Origin: Chiloscyllium plagiosum
Lineage: Eukaryota
Length of the DNA stretch: 64,000 nt
NCBI RefSeq assembly: GCF_004010195.1
Contig: NC_057718.1
Location: 51,592,373-51,656,372, forward strand
Direction of reading: 5' to 3'
In this document: positions 12,971-27,059 of the stretch, one piece after another
How the letters are laid out: each line of letters begins with the position of its first letter
How positions within the stretch are numbered: position 1 is the stretch's first letter
Program-made: the position numbers and the translations under genes
Notes under the pieces: generated by a model
Told to the model about the DNA's origin: nothing
Databases searched by the model: none
The model's input: only the letters and a program-made list of their open reading frames with translations

Positions 12971-13919
12971 CTAAGTTAGAACAGACAAAAACTTGCATGT
13001 TGGCCTAGGTACATCATTGGTTGTACACTAATAAGTTTTGCATGCTTTCTGTCAACTGAAGACTGGACAAAGAAAAGAACATGGTTAGCTTGGATGTCAG
13101 AATGAAAACAAAATAACTTTACATTTCTAAAAAGGCTACTAAAGAAATCAGAATCCAAGGAAGAGTCTAAAACAAATGTGTTTAACATACTAAAATAACT
13201 GATATCGAAACATTCAAGACTGAAAGCCCGATGATAAGGCAAATCTTTCTTTCAAAATATTGATCTGATTCTGAAATTTGGATACAAATGCAATCGAGTT
13301 CCAAAGCAGATATATGCTGTTTGTATACATATTGCACAGACATGGATTTCAGTCTTGTTTTGTACAAACACACAGCTATCTACCTTGCAAGTCAGCTTTC
13401 ATCATTGCAACTTTGCCAGCAAAATAAAAGCAAAATATGTAAAAGGTTAGTAAGCAGTAGTGGCATGTTAGCAAACATCTGAAAAAATTTAGTGCAAACA
13501 TGCTGTTTAAAGGAGAGAAAGATGCAATACCAAACAAAAGATATGACAGCAGCCATTGATCATCTATAAGCAAGCCAGAAAGAATAGGTGGTTATATATA
13601 GCCATCAGAATGATATAGTCCACCATAATGCTGTTATAATTATAAACTATTCAAATAAAAACCAGCTAACTTGGTAAGGCAAGCTTGGCAAAGCTAAACA
13701 CAAGCAAGATTACTCACCTCTAGGTATAACATTTGAATATTTCTAAATTATGATTCACATAACATGGAAAATGTCTATTTAGTACCACATGGCATTCTCT
13801 TGCTGTGTCCTCTACAAAATGCTTCCCCGTGGTCATTTTTCTTTCATCAAAAGCTCAGTGATGACAATTATTGATTGATTAAGCTCTATTACTTATCAGG
13901 TTGGCAAAGTCAGTTGTCT

Positions 13920-14140
13920 TCATACCTCTGAATCAGAAGATTGTAAGTTCAAACCCCACAACAGGCCTTGGGCTCATAATTATGAATAGTATTTAGCTAT
14001 ATCATTGGGAGAACGTTGCATTATTGAAAGTGCTGTATTTTGGATAAGAACATTGAGACAGGTCCTGTGAAAGGCCCTATCATTCCAAACCATGCACAGA
14101 ACTCTCCTAGTTTCCTCCCTGAGCTCATTGTTAGTCTTAT
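13920..14140 (+). mobile_element. Old Deu-domain SINE (SacSINE1/AmnSINE1-like), highly diverged
   Basis: CCTCTGAATCAGAAGATTGTAAGTTCAAACCCCAC tRNA-like head, then GTTGCATTATTGAAAGTGCTGTATTTTGGATAAGA resembling the recalled Deu core GCTGCACTGTCGGAGGTGCCGTCTTTCGGATGAGA. Confidence 0.55.
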
Positions 14141-16249
14141 TTATTATTTATAGGATCTGGATAAATGGAACTATTATCAAATGCTTGTTCAATGGAAAAC
14201 ATCACAGACAGAGAAAATTGACTCGACTTGCGTTTGCACTGGTCGGTCATCAAGTTCAGACTGAATAAACAGAACTTGCCATTCTAAACAAAATGCTAAA
14301 TGATGTTGCCAAAATTGACTGTATTGGAATCCGAGTGGTCATGGTTAAGCTCCACTATACTGTCAGGATGGTAATTTAACTAAGCTCCTAAAGCTGTAGC
14401 AGCCCTTAAATCATGGACTGCAGCAGTTCAGAAGGAAGTACACCATTATCTTCTCAAGGGTAGTGCTGGATGGGTAGTGAGGTCCATCTTCAGTGAGCCA
14501 GTTTTGAAAATAAAAATCATAGAATGTTAGGACTAATTATTGAGGTGTATTGGACAAAACTTGCCATTAAGGAGATGAATATAATTTAGCATCTCCCCTA
14601 TTTCTCCAGGGGTAAATTTGCAGGCAGACAGAGGGCTTCAGTGCCATCAGGAAGGGGGTTTCATCATGGAGATCCCATTACCTTCCTTCCTCCCTCCAGC
14701 TAAACTCAGGCTAGGAATGCATGTGGGCAGCCAACCACTTGGAGGTCAAATGACACCTATACATCACCCTTAAAAAAGGACACATGAAGGCCCAGGAGAG
14801 TCAGGTTTACCAAGGACAGAGTTCTTGCTGTCAATTAGGAATTTCATTCTGTTGGGGCAACTAGAGATCAGGTTGGCAGAGGTTTGTAGGAAATGGATCC
14901 CTCTGATGCCCACATTAAATTCTGCTCAATATATTTCATATATGGCACATTAGCAAGAGAGTGGAGAGCTGCCAAGAAAGTCATGCCATTATTTCTTCAT
15001 CATTGCTGGGAGAAGTTCCTAGTGCCTCCTGCCCTCAAATATGAAGTGAGGTCAGTGGTAACATTATCACCTTTCATTCAGAAGTCAGATGTTTAAAATT
15101 GGTGTTTATCTTAGTTGTGTTGGTTGTGACATCCTTGGTTGTCACTTTTCTGAAGATAAGCAACTTGTAGTTGGGCCTTTCCTCAAATTAGCTCAAGTTT
15201 TAGGCTCACAAGATTGGGTAACTCTTGCATCTTGTCCCAGAGAATACTGGCAGGGATACTGAGCATTTATTACAACCAGAATCCAGGTAAGGCTCCCTAA
15301 TTCACTATGGTTCCAAATAGTATACTCAAAACTATTACACTCCTGCACGAGGAGGGGTGAAGTCATTCTTGTTCTTCATTTCAGCCAGCTCCTCTGTTGG
15401 TTGCAATGAGGTCGATTTAAAAATTAATCCTTTCCCTTGTGGATAATTTCTGCCCAGACCCAAATGAAATTATACTTCAGGAGCAGCAAACTGACCCAGC
15501 CTTTCTGTGAATTATTAAATGTGAGAAATAATGCGACATACACATTGATCAGAAATAAAAGATGCATAAAAGATAAAATTTATTTAAAAATCAGACATAG
15601 GAATCAGTCTTTAAATTATGTGCAAAGGCCCAATAGTTGAAGCTTGTGGTTATTGCAGTGGAGGCTACAGGTAGTGTAGGTGTTAGTGGTTAGGACAGTA
15701 AGTTTTGTTTTAACTTATCAATTGGCACATTGGATAATCCAGCGAAAATGATATACCTCAAATATCGCAAAGTTTATTCTGTCCAGTTATTATAGTTTTT
15801 AAAATTTATTCACCTCAATGTAAAAATACTTGCTGTTCAATCAAATGGCCACACAAAATATCAACAGCTGATTCAATTTCGAGTCAATTTCTCCTCAAAT
15901 ACAACCATGTTCAAGTAGACGGTTGAGATTGCGAATGATCATGCTGTCGGCCGGTAAGTTTTATTTAAGCCAAAGTTGCATTATTATTTAAGTGATTTAT
16001 GCTGTACGTAAAGTATAACAGTGATTTGTATAGCCCTTCCATTACATTTCTATTACTTAGTGTGTGTTTTTCCATTGATTATGTGCACCTTTTGATTGTC
16101 TGGAATATTTGGTCAACCAGCAAATTCCTGGTTTAACAGGTGCTGGTTAATAAAAGCTTTGCTGTAGTCCATTTCATGATCCTTAGATTTGAATACCAGT
16201 TGAGATTCTGTACTTCTTATTCCTTTTGCTTGTGATTGAATTCCAGTAT

Positions 16250-18560
16250 TTCTTCCATCGCTGTTTGGAAGACTTTCAATAGTTCTTGGGCCATATTACA
16301 AGCTCATGAAAGTCACTCTGAGAATGCTGCTACATCATCAAAAATGGAGTCTTCTGCTTTCTCTTCTCAAAAAACTCTCGTTGAGTAGTTTCAGAGGACT
16401 GCTACCTATAAACTAATTCAAACACAGTAAACCTGGTTGACCTATTAGGTGAGACTGTGGTGGTGAATGGAAAAAGGTCAAGTCTTTCATCCCAGTCATA
16501 GGGATTCTTATGGCAGTATGCCCTGATCATTGTTTTTAAGGTATGGTGGATCTGTTCTAGTGCCCACCCTTTCAATGCAGGTGATACGCTAAAGATTTCA
16601 GTTGGGTCACACCCAAGTTTTCAAGACTTATTGGAGTATTTTGGATGTAGAATTTGAGCCATGGTCTGTAAGGGTCTCAATAGGCAGACTGTCCAGGGTG
16701 AAACATTGGGTCATTTCTCTCAACACTGTTTGGCAGATATGAAGAACAGAACATGGAAAATGGATAGCCGTATCCATGATAAGAAGTATATATTAATAGT
16801 TCCCTCTCAGCAACATGGCTATGCATGTGTGTACAGCTGCTCCAATGTTCCATACACAGCAATCAGTATTGTCACACCGATTGTGGCGTTGACATCTAGT
16901 CCCAGAAGTCTTGGAGGTCCATGCAGTCAGGAAGAAAATTAGAGGGAATGCTGGCGGAAGCCTGCTCTTGTTTTGGCAGGGGTCTCACATAGTCCACTAA
17001 CAATTTTCTTAAAAGTTCCCCAAACATGGAAATCATAGTTGTAGGTCTTATTGCAGGTTGGGTTCTTCCCACAACCTGGCAGATGTGGCAGGTTCTGCAA
17101 AACCTGACTGCAAACTTGTGGAGCTATGGCCAGATAAAAACATGATCTGATGGGCCCTTTCTCTAGGTGGAAGGATCAATGACCAGAAACCATGGATTTA
17201 AAGTAATGGGCAGGAAGTTTAGAAGGATGGTGGGTATGTGGAAGTCACAGCCTGTAAAAGTTGCAGTGGCAGAAACACTCATAACATTGATGAAGTATTT
17301 AGATGTGCACTTGTGATACCAGGCATATAAGGCTATAGTGACCAAGGTCAAGTGCTGGAAAATGAGATGAGAATAGATGCTTGTTTATAATGGGGTGAAG
17401 GGCCTTTTTCTGTGCTGTAGACCAATATGATTCTATGACATGGGGTTGGATTTCATGTATACCGACATGTTCAGCGATCAGAATCTCACAAGCAATGCTG
17501 CACTATTTTCCTCTGTACCTAGTGGCACTATTATCTGGTGACCACTATCCACTCCTTCTTTGCAGATCTGTGAGGGACATCTCTGTTTCCTCATCAGCCA
17601 CTAATTTCTAATATAGTAGCATTGAGGGACTGCCTCTGATTCAGCTACAGTGTAGGCAGTCAAAGCTTGTGTTCTTAACAGTGGGTCAGCTTGTGGAGCT
17701 GGTACCAATGAAATTCTGCTGAGGCACTTTCTAGACCTCTGAAAAAGATACTTAATAGCCAGGCCCCAGGCACTCTTGAGTTTGCAGTGCCATCTCCACT
17801 GGCTGAGCTTATCTGGCCATAGACCACACAGTCAGGGAAAACACTGGGCATTTGTTTTACTGAAGGTGTTCAGACTTCTTAATCTCAGCTAGCTTTTCGG
17901 AGACCATTGGGGCAAGGATGAGTTTGATAAGATATCTGGTGGGCAAGGATGAGTTTGATTGAAAGGTCTGTTTCCATGCTGTACAACGCTACGACTCCCA
18001 GGGTTACTGGTTATATTCCAAATGAACCTAGTAAAGTGGAAATCTTTCGATTCTTTTTAAAAGCATCTTGGCACTTCTTGCACTCTCTGGTGGAAAGTGC
18101 ATGCCTTTTTCCCAGCAGTAGGGATTGCTTGTTCCCAGTGACTCTCACTTTCACGAGAAGTTTGTTCATTGCACTCTGGGGACATGTAACCACTCTTCAT
18201 TTAGATACAAAATCCCAGTAACTTTCAAACATTTGTTTAGCCTCATCCGCACTCTCTGGAGCAGTTTTCTAGCAATTCGGAGCTGCAGTCAATACCATAA
18301 TTTGGTCAGCTATATCCTCTGACTATATCCAATATTCTGTGAACATGATAAATCCAATTGGTTTTCCCGAAAGCCTCCAGTAGTTGGACCAGACATGTCT
18401 TACCCGTCGGCAGCTAAAACACGCATCTTTCCTGGCAGCACCTTTCATCTCAGGACCTGCCTTTGTCTCCTGAGGCAGGGTCCCACATCTTTCTTTCCTC
18501 CAGGACCAATGCACAGTTGTCATAATTGTTTTTAACATGTTAAAGTGTACGATTCTCATT
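16250..18560 (-). mobile_element. Decayed Ty3/Gypsy LTR-retrotransposon internal region (gag/pol relic)
   Basis: Degenerate zinc knuckle ACFSCRRVRHVWSNYWRL..GKP (18323-18559) and PSVFPDCVV near 17820-17850, resembling the fish/shark Gypsy FPxCVVTR motif. Boundaries uncertain. Confidence 0.5.
17162..17440 (+). mobile_element. CR1 LINE 3' fragment nested in the Gypsy relic
   Basis: GTGGCAGAAACACTCATAACATTGATGAAGTATTTAGATG and tail GGGCCTTTTTCTGTGCTGTAGACCAATATGATTCTATGA. Confidence 0.7.
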
Positions 18561-19199
18561 TTTTAAACATTTTTCTGTACTGCACTCAGATAGGCCGGCT
18601 GATTTTGAATTTGAATAACAAATTGTCTTGGCAATAGCTTTCTTAACAGGAAATTATGCTATTAGCTCACCTGGTTATCACTACATTGAGTAGCATTGAT
18701 TTTTTAAAAAATTGTGCAGTAAACAATAATGAAGATGGTATTAAGGAGAAAAAAAAATCTACCACCTAGAGAATGTGAATGCTGTGTCAGTCAGAATTTG
18801 CCTGCATTGTGAAATGTGTATGTGGCAAACTTGGCAAACAATGAGATGATCAATGCCATGTAAATAATTAAAGTTTGATACACAGGAAACATAGAGTGGC
18901 TGGTGTCATTATTCATAAGCCTTTGAGGAATACTTCCAGCTGTGGTTCTATGGCTGATTAGAAAAATATCAACCAGTTCACAGACAGTTCTAAGTGAGGA
19001 ACTGCTGTAAGTGACAATTGACCAATCCAGCACAAACTGGAAACTCACTGTGAAAGGTCATATTTCAGGGATGTTCCAATGAGTGCAAGTAGGGGTTCTC
19101 ACTGCTGATAGTGATGACTACTTTGTGGACAACAGTCTCAATCCTTTCAGAAAGGAAACTTCATTAACCAAGCAATGTAAGTAAAATTAAAGATATATC

Positions 19200-19780
19200 C
19201 TACTCGCAGAGCACTTCAGAGAACATCTCCGGGATACTCACACCAATCAACCCCATTATCCCGTGGCTGAACACTTTAATTCCCCCTCCCACTCTGCCGA
19301 GGACATGCAGGTCCTGGGCCTCTTCCATCGCCACTCCCTTACCACCCAACACCTTAAGGAAGAATGCCTTATCTTCCACCTCAGGACCCTTCAATCCCAT
19401 GGCATCAATGTAGATTTCACCACTTTCCTCATTTCCCCTCCCCCAACCTTACCCCAGTTCCAACTTTCCAGCTCAGCACCGTCCGCATGACCCATTCCAT
19501 CTGTCCATCTTCCTTACCACCTATCCGTTCCACCTTCCCCTCCGACCTATCACCTTTAACCCCACCACCATTCACCTATTGCGCTCTCAACTACCTTTCC
19601 CCAGCTCCACCCCCTCCCATTTATCTCTCCACCCCTGAGGCTCCAAGCCTCATTCCCGATGAAGGATTTTGCCCGAAATGTCAATTTTTCTGCTCCTTGG
19701 ATGCTGCCTGACCTGCTGTGCTTTTCCAGCAACACACTCTTGACTCTAATCTCCAGCATCACAGTACTCACTTTCGCCTT
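19200..19780 (+). mobile_element. Penelope-like element 3' part: GIY-YIG endonuclease C-terminus, C-rich 3' UTR, decayed hammerhead
   Basis: EHFREHLRDT..PVAEHFNSPSHSAEDMQVLGL..KEECLIFHLRTLQSHGINVDF; CCGATGAAGGATTTTGCCCGAAATGTC at about 19656-19682. Confidence 0.88.
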
Positions 19781-20454
19781 TTGATTAATTATACCTGCTT
19801 AGGTGTCTCTTAAAAGGTACTTAATTGAGATCTTAAGAATTTCAAATCTTTCATACTGCCCCTGAAAGTAGGTATCCTTTTTCGGGATAAAGACAAAGAT
19901 ATAGGCTTATCCTCCAAACATTCGTCTGAAGTACTTATTCATACTTATTAAATCTTTAAATGTTTTTCTTTATTTGTGAATTTTCAGGTTAACTCGAAAT
20001 ATCATAATTTGTTCATCAATACTAATTGCTTTTGTAAAGGTAATGGTGAGCCACTCTTTCAAATCCATGCACAGTGAATGGTGGAGGCAGGGAGTTCTAA
20101 AATTTTGACAACTTCAGTGAAGGAGCAGGAATACAGATTTAGAATATACAATTCTGTTGTTTCTTTTTGCTGGCACTCATGCAATGTCATGTTGATGTGA
20201 AAAGAGATTGTAAATTGATCTTAAAATTATGTTTATTTGCTTCATTTTAAAATGGACTTCAGTGGATTAAAATGGCTGCTGTAGATCACATGATTCACAA
20301 GTTATCTACAGTTCCAGAATTTTCCTGTGGACCAAGTTAAAATTTCGCACCTATAAATGCATGAACACTGTAAGTGTCACAAAACAATGACGGCACAAAC
20401 TTTTTGTCTCCAAACTTGAATTGATAACAAAGGAGACATATCAAAAGTAATAAA

Positions 20455-21630
20455 ATAAACAAAAAAAGCTGCAAATGCTGGAAATTGACGAAACAAAATC
20501 GGAAATTTCTGGAAAAACTCAACAGGTCTTGCAGTAACTGTCGAGAGAAAGCAGAGTTAATATTTTGGCAAATAATCCTATGGCAGTGAATGTTGGTGGG
20601 ATGGTAGGTGAAGACCAGTGGGACTGCTGTGGGAGGGAAGAGAGAAGTTGAGTACTGAAGTGCAGGAGATGGGTCAGACACGGCTGAGGGCCCTGTCAAC
20701 AATGGTGCTGGGGAGTCCTCGGTTGAGGAAGAAGGTGGGCATTTCAAAGGCCCCTTTGTTGAAGTTGGCATCATCAGAACCCAATACAATGGAGACAGAG
20801 GAACGGAGAGTTTGGAACAGAGTCTTTACAGGAAGTAGAATATGAGGTAACTGTGGGAGTCGGCAAGCTTGTAATGAATATCAGTGGCCCCAGAAATGGA
20901 AATAGACATGTCGAAGAAGGGAAGGGAGGAGTTGGAGTTTGACCAGGGGAAGATGAGAGCAGAGTAGAAATTGAAAGCAAAATTGATAATTTTTTTCCCA
21001 ATTCTGGATGAGAGAGGGAAGCAGCACCAATAATGTCATCAATGTACCAGAGGAAGAGTTGTGGGTGGGGGCTGGAGTAGGATTGAAACAAGGAGTGTTC
21101 CACAAACAGACATGCGGATACCATGGCCACTTTGACCTGAAGAAAATGAGAGTCGTTAAAGGAGAAGTCATTCAAAGTGAGGACAAGCTCATCCTGGTAG
21201 AGAAGAGTTGGGAGATAATGTTTTGGGAGATAGTGAGCTTCCACTGCAGGAGTCGGTAGAGAAGGGTGATGCAGGATGGAGATGACTCAAGCCTTTCTTG
21301 CAGGAAGAAGCAGAATTCACAGAGATCCCAAAGGGTGAATGGACGTGTAAAGATTTTGCATGTCCATGGTGAGGAGGAGGCAGCTCGAGCCCATAAACTG
21401 GAAAATTTGAAAATGACATAAAGATTCAGAAGAATTTCAGATGTAAGTGGGAAGGAACTGGACAAGGAGAGAGAAAATCGAGTCAAGGTAGGAAGAAATA
21501 AGCTCTGTGGAACAGGCAGAAACAATGAGTCTGTCTTAGTAGGCTTGTTTGTGGATTCTGGGAAAGGAGTAGAAGCGGGTTCTGTGGGATTGGGGGACTA
21601 TGAGCTTGGAGGCTGTGTGGGGATCACCAG
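20455..21630 (-). mobile_element. Penelope-like element reverse transcriptase fragment plus 3'-end piece
   Basis: ORF ELVLTLNDFSFNDSHFLQVKVAM..SACLFVEHSLFQSYSSPHPQLFLWYIDDIIGAAS (YIDD); VPLVFTYHP; internal deletions and frameshifts; pLTR-type piece at 20455-20562. Confidence 0.85.
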
Positions 21631-23924
21631 ATGAAATGACATTTGTTATTCTGTTTACCAAAGGAATGTTCAATGGATTTTAACCAGAGAAATAGATGCT
21701 AACATGTTGACCTAATTAGTTAGTGACTGACTCGTCCATGGACAACAGCACATGAGCGAATCTCATCTGGTCTTTGAAAAGTTTAATTACTTACTTATGC
21801 ATGAAGTTGTGAAGAATATCTTGGATTTTAATGTGAATCAGTAATACTCTTTGTTTAAACAAATTCAGCTGACTCTCCCTCTGTCTGTAACAACAGCTTG
21901 AAAAATAACAATGATTGTAGAAATCTGAATGACATGACACAGTACACCTGTCTACTAAAATAAATATTTTGAATAAAATAAGTTATTTTTGGAATGTATC
22001 TTCCCTTCCAACTACATCTCTGAACCTTGTCCATTTTTTTTATTCTTCTCACATTTCTCAGCTCAGGGAATAGCATGAGATAAAGGTCTCTCTGGCCCTG
22101 CTATTTTAACTTTCTAAATTATGATATGAATCATAAGGTATTGGATGACAGAAAAAAAAAGCCATTTGACCAACTGTGCTGTGTTGGTTCTTTAGATGAG
22201 CTATCAATTACTGTGATCCACTCTCTTAATCCTTTCCAATAAGCTCTGTTTTCTGTTCACACACGTGGATATCCAATAACCATTTGAAAGCCATTACTGG
22301 ATCTGTTTTCAATCTGCCTTTATGGCATTGTATTCCAAATCCATTGCTTTTAGTGATAAGAAAATCTGAGCAGAGTATAAAACAGGTTGTATTTGGCTCT
22401 GTTTGCCTGAACAAATTTCAACTCTGGATGTGTGGCAGGATTTTTTTGCACAGATCTTTAAAAAAATGTTTTCCATCCCAAATTCTTACTGTCTGAAGAA
22501 ATAGTGAGAGTCCAACAAAGCCAGCCCCACTGCAGGAGTAGGTATCTATTAGTATCCAGCAAATATTGTGGAGCCAGGTCTGTGACTTCTGGTTGACAGC
22601 ATCATAAATTATTCATGGGTGACTGTCTAGATATAGAAACGTTTTGCAACATATCTTCAAATGATTCACCTCATACGTCCCTTGACACCCATGCAACTAC
22701 CCGTCCCACTGACACTTTATTCCCAATGACTCCTTATTCTCTCCAGGTCACTCACCTCAATTGCGCCTATGCCACCTTATGCCTTTTCACTCACCAGCAA
22801 TAGCCCTTCCTACCCTCCATGCCAAATCATAGCATTTCTGTTTACTCAGCATGCATATTTACCCAGCCTACACTCTGCCGAGAACTAATGAACCCTATAG
22901 TAATAATGACGTGTGGAACTGCTTATTAAAGCCATTCACAACTTTGATTCAAAAGTAAACATAGGTTACTTCAATTCTATAACAGTGTCAATTAACCAGT
23001 CATTTAAAGTATCAATAGAAAATATAAACACTCAGCTCCTCTTTCTATCATGTAAAAAAACATTGAGTCATTTACTGTAGATCTAAGGAGAGAAAAAAGT
23101 CAATGAAGAATTGCCCTCTTTTTTGGTTAGCTGTTTCAACAAACTAATGGAAGTCTGGGCTTGTGGACAAGTCTCATTATTAATAGAGAGATCTGGGTTA
23201 GCACCAAGGTGTAAGGGGCTTTTAGGGGTATGTGGTGGGGCATAATTTCACATGCAATGCATGAGGAGCCTTTGAGAGTGGGTGAGGAGCTTGAGTTGGC
23301 ATGAATGGGGCGTAAGGCCTGGGTGAAGGAGTGAAGGGCTGTGCGTATAAGAATATCTAATGGGATCTGAATTAGAGTTTAGATAACTCCTATTCTAGTG
23401 AAGCACCTGTGCCCTGCTTTATTGATAGCTTTGGCTGTCTGATCTCTGCTATCAACTTCACAAAGGTTAATTATGTAAGGTAAACGTTTCAAATGCTTTT
23501 TAGTTTCAATTATTGAAACTTTAAAGGTCTGGATGATTGAGCACTTTTATTGTGCTACAGCAAGGAGTTTCTTCACTGTCATGAAAAATGTTGTTTATGT
23601 ATCCAATTGTTGTTTTCTTTTACAATATATAATGGGTTAGTGAACATGGAAAACTTAGCATGGGAGTCAGCAATTGCCACAGGTGCTGTTTTGGATCATA
23701 ATGTACAATGGAGGGCATGAAGGATCAAGAGAGATGGGTTAAGTTGGGCATAGACTGGCAAGGATAGGACGGGGGAGAGTGTGGAGGGAAAAGAGGGTGG
23801 GAAAGATGGTGAGCCTTCCTGTTTTTATTGTTACCAGGATGAAGTCCTCGTGCACCACATCGTGCAGTCCCTGCAATTGTCTTTGAACACTTTCTGCAGT
23901 CAGCTGGCCTGATCTCTACCCTAG

Positions 23925-24053
23925 ATAAAAACAAGGACTGCAATGCTGGAAACCAGAGTCTGGTTAGAGTGGTGCTGGAAAAGCACAGCAGGTCAGGCAG
24001 CATCCGAGGAGCAGGGAAATCGACGTTTCGGGCAAAAGCCTTTCATCAGGAAT
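23925..24053 (-). mobile_element. Penelope-like 3'-end (pLTR) fragment starting at a hammerhead motif
   Basis: Minus strand ATTC-CTGATGA-A-AGGC-TTTT-GCCC-GAAAC-GTC-GATT (core 24049-24022), then the pLTR body. Confidence 0.8.
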
Positions 24054-26299
24054 GGCAATGAAGATCCTGTCCTTATGAGCAGTCTCTCCTCAAAGGCTGA
24101 AGTGGGAATTTTCCCAGCTCCCACTATTTGCTATGAGACTGAAAATCCATATTTTCGAAGTCAACTTATTGGTCTAGCCCATGAAATGAGATTTCACCCC
24201 AGTACATCATTTACTGAGATAAATGGAAAAACACTGAAATTGAAAAATCAGAATGATGACAGAAGATTGAAAATTTATAAAATGTATTAAAAGAAGAATC
24301 CTCACTCTGAAGAGGAGTAAATACTTAGAATAATAATGCACAATTTCTCTTTAAGGAATGGACAGGCATTTTAAATATTGTCAGCATTTTGTAATTTCAT
24401 CGAGACTTTAAGTGTTTGAAGATTTTGCATTTATGTGCTTATTTGATAGGTCTCACCAAATTTACATAATGTGCATTTGTGATTCTTGAAATTATATTAA
24501 TCCTCACAACCTGGTCCTGGAGAAGCATTTATATAGTCAGTGCAACATTTGAAGAGTTATCTTCTTTGAAGGCTCAGGAACTATTTTTCTCATTGTAGAT
24601 CAGATTGGAATAAAAGAAAAACTCTTCCGCACTTATTTAAATAAACAGTGCTAATAAATATATGCAAAAGTTAGTTATCTCACTGCATACCTTCCCAAAC
24701 ACGATGGGAAGATAAAAGAACCAAAGATGACCACAGAGGAACACAGGAAGAAAAACCACACGGTACAAACTGCGAATGTTTTAACAGGTGATCTTCCAAA
24801 CAGTTTAGCCATGATATGTGAAAGATAATAATATAGCCACTCAACTGAATTGTTATTTTTATGTTAATCCTGGCAACAAAGATTATTCTAATTTTACAAC
24901 CTTCAGATTTTGCTTATGTATATGCATTTTGAAAAACTGGATTTCCTAAACCTGTCACTTAACATCTTTCTTTGACATTGCAGCAAAAGAAAACAAGAGG
25001 TAAAGAATGCATTTCTACATCCAGCCAGTAACGTTCAATTTTCAGGCTTCTTCTCTGTATTGAATTTTCATGCTTTATATATGCCCACATGCACCTAATT
25101 GTGTTCTTGTTTGAAGGCACAACAATCACTGAGAAAAACCTTCTCCTCAGATTTCTGTTATGCTATTCCATCACATTACCATGAATTGAATTCTGATTCA
25201 ATTCTGATTTATGAACTGATTGTGAAAGTAGTTCTGGCCTTTAATGAGCAATTGTTCTTTGTGAGTGAGCAGTGCTATAGAACAGAATTAGTAACTGGAC
25301 ATATATACCAACTTCATCTTTATGTATTTGTTTATGTGGGAATTAATTTCGTGGACAATGAATGAAGCCCTGCAAATAAAAAGAACTGTGGGCTTGAGCA
25401 AAGGAAGAAAACAAGCAGCAACTAAAAGGTAGGCACAAACATCACGAGGTACAAGGATGAAGGAGAGGAATGTGTAGAATGAACAAATGGTTTTGGTTGA
25501 GGCAGGTAGAGGAGTATGAGGGAAAGTGATGGTACAGCAGATATATCAGTAAACTATCAACTGTTTTCCTCTCAGGCTATTATTTTGCAATCTGGCTATT
25601 TTTCAGAGGAAAATTAGGGCTGGAGTCCAAACCAGAAGCAATTAGAAAGCTTGAAAATGATTCACAGATATCCACTGATATGTCCATATTTAAACATGCA
25701 AAATTTATCTGCATTATTAAAATTTATGTAGATGTCCCATACATGTATATTTCCACATAAATATAAAATATATGGATGAATAAGCATGTTTAAGCATACA
25801 AATAAAAATGGTATCTGTACAATAAACCCTTAACTTGAATTCCATAACAATGGATTTATTCTTTGAAAGGATTCAAGCTGATTATTGATCCTTTTCTTCC
25901 CCATAGTTTCAGAAACTACAGTCAATCAAATTTGCAATTTGCAGACTGACTTTATCATTTGCAATCCGATTATAAGGTTTTGTGGAGATGTGTGAAAATG
26001 TCAAGGACACATTGTTGTACGTCGAGAGATAGTCTCACGCTCTTCCACTGACTTTGCCAACAAGCACATCCTATTGGGTGGGCTGCTGACCACTCACAGA
26101 CTCAAGGGCTCCTCCTAACACTCCAATTGACACAATCTATGTGGCATCTCTACTCGCATAGCAAATGCCAAGTCAGCCTATTAATTTGCCTCCAGAAGAA
26201 CAGCGCAGGCTAGTGGGCCTCAGATACAATCTTGGCTGAGACTCAAAAATTGTCTTTAAATGCAATTTAGACCATCGTTTTTGATAATTCAAGAGAATA

Positions 26300-26725
26300 T
26301 TGGCATTGCTGGTCAAGCCAGCATTTACTACACATCCATAATTGCTCTGGACAAGAAGGTGGTCAATGGTTGAGTTTGTGGGTAAGGAAGGTGCTGTCTA
26401 AGGAGCTTTGGTGAATTTCTGCAGTGTATTTTGTAGATGGCATACACAGCTGCTGCTGAGTGTCCGTGGTGGATGTTAATGGATGTGGTGCTGATCAAGT
26501 AGGCTGCTGTGCACCAGAAGATATCAAGCTTCTTGAGTGTTGTTGGAACTGCACATATCCAGGCAAGTGGGAGGTATTCCATTATACTCCTGACTTATAT
26601 GTGGTACAGGCATTAAGGGGGCAAGAGGTTTGTTATTTGCTGCTCGATTCCTAGCTCCTGACCTGCCATTGCAATCACAGCATTTATATGCTGGGCCAGT
26701 TCAGTTTCTGGTCAATAGTAATCTC
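26300..26725 (-). mobile_element. CR1/L2-group LINE 3' fragment
   Basis: ORF MEYLPLAWICAVPTTLKKLDI..AAAVYAIYKIHCRNSPKLLRQHLP and tail TAAATGCTGGCTTGACCAGCAATGCC. Confidence 0.75.
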
Positions 26726-27059
26726 TGGATGTTAACTCTATTTCTTTTGATTCCACATGCAGCCAGACCACTTGAGTATTTCCAGCATTTTATCTTTTTA
26801 TTAGTTGTTGTGTAGAATTGGTTCATGCTTTTCTATGGTCTCAGGCACAAGTTAAGATTACTTTTCAAAATATGAGACGTTCCATTTGTTAGACAGAGTT
26901 CACTACAGGTTATTGCAAATATCTATAAAATATTAAGAGTCTCTACACGGACTGAACCAACATAAGCATTACATTTGATATCTGTGATGTTAAAAAGAGT
27001 TTGAAATATTGCCCTGAAGAGCAAGTCTTTGAAATGAAGAGAAACATTCACACCTGATT

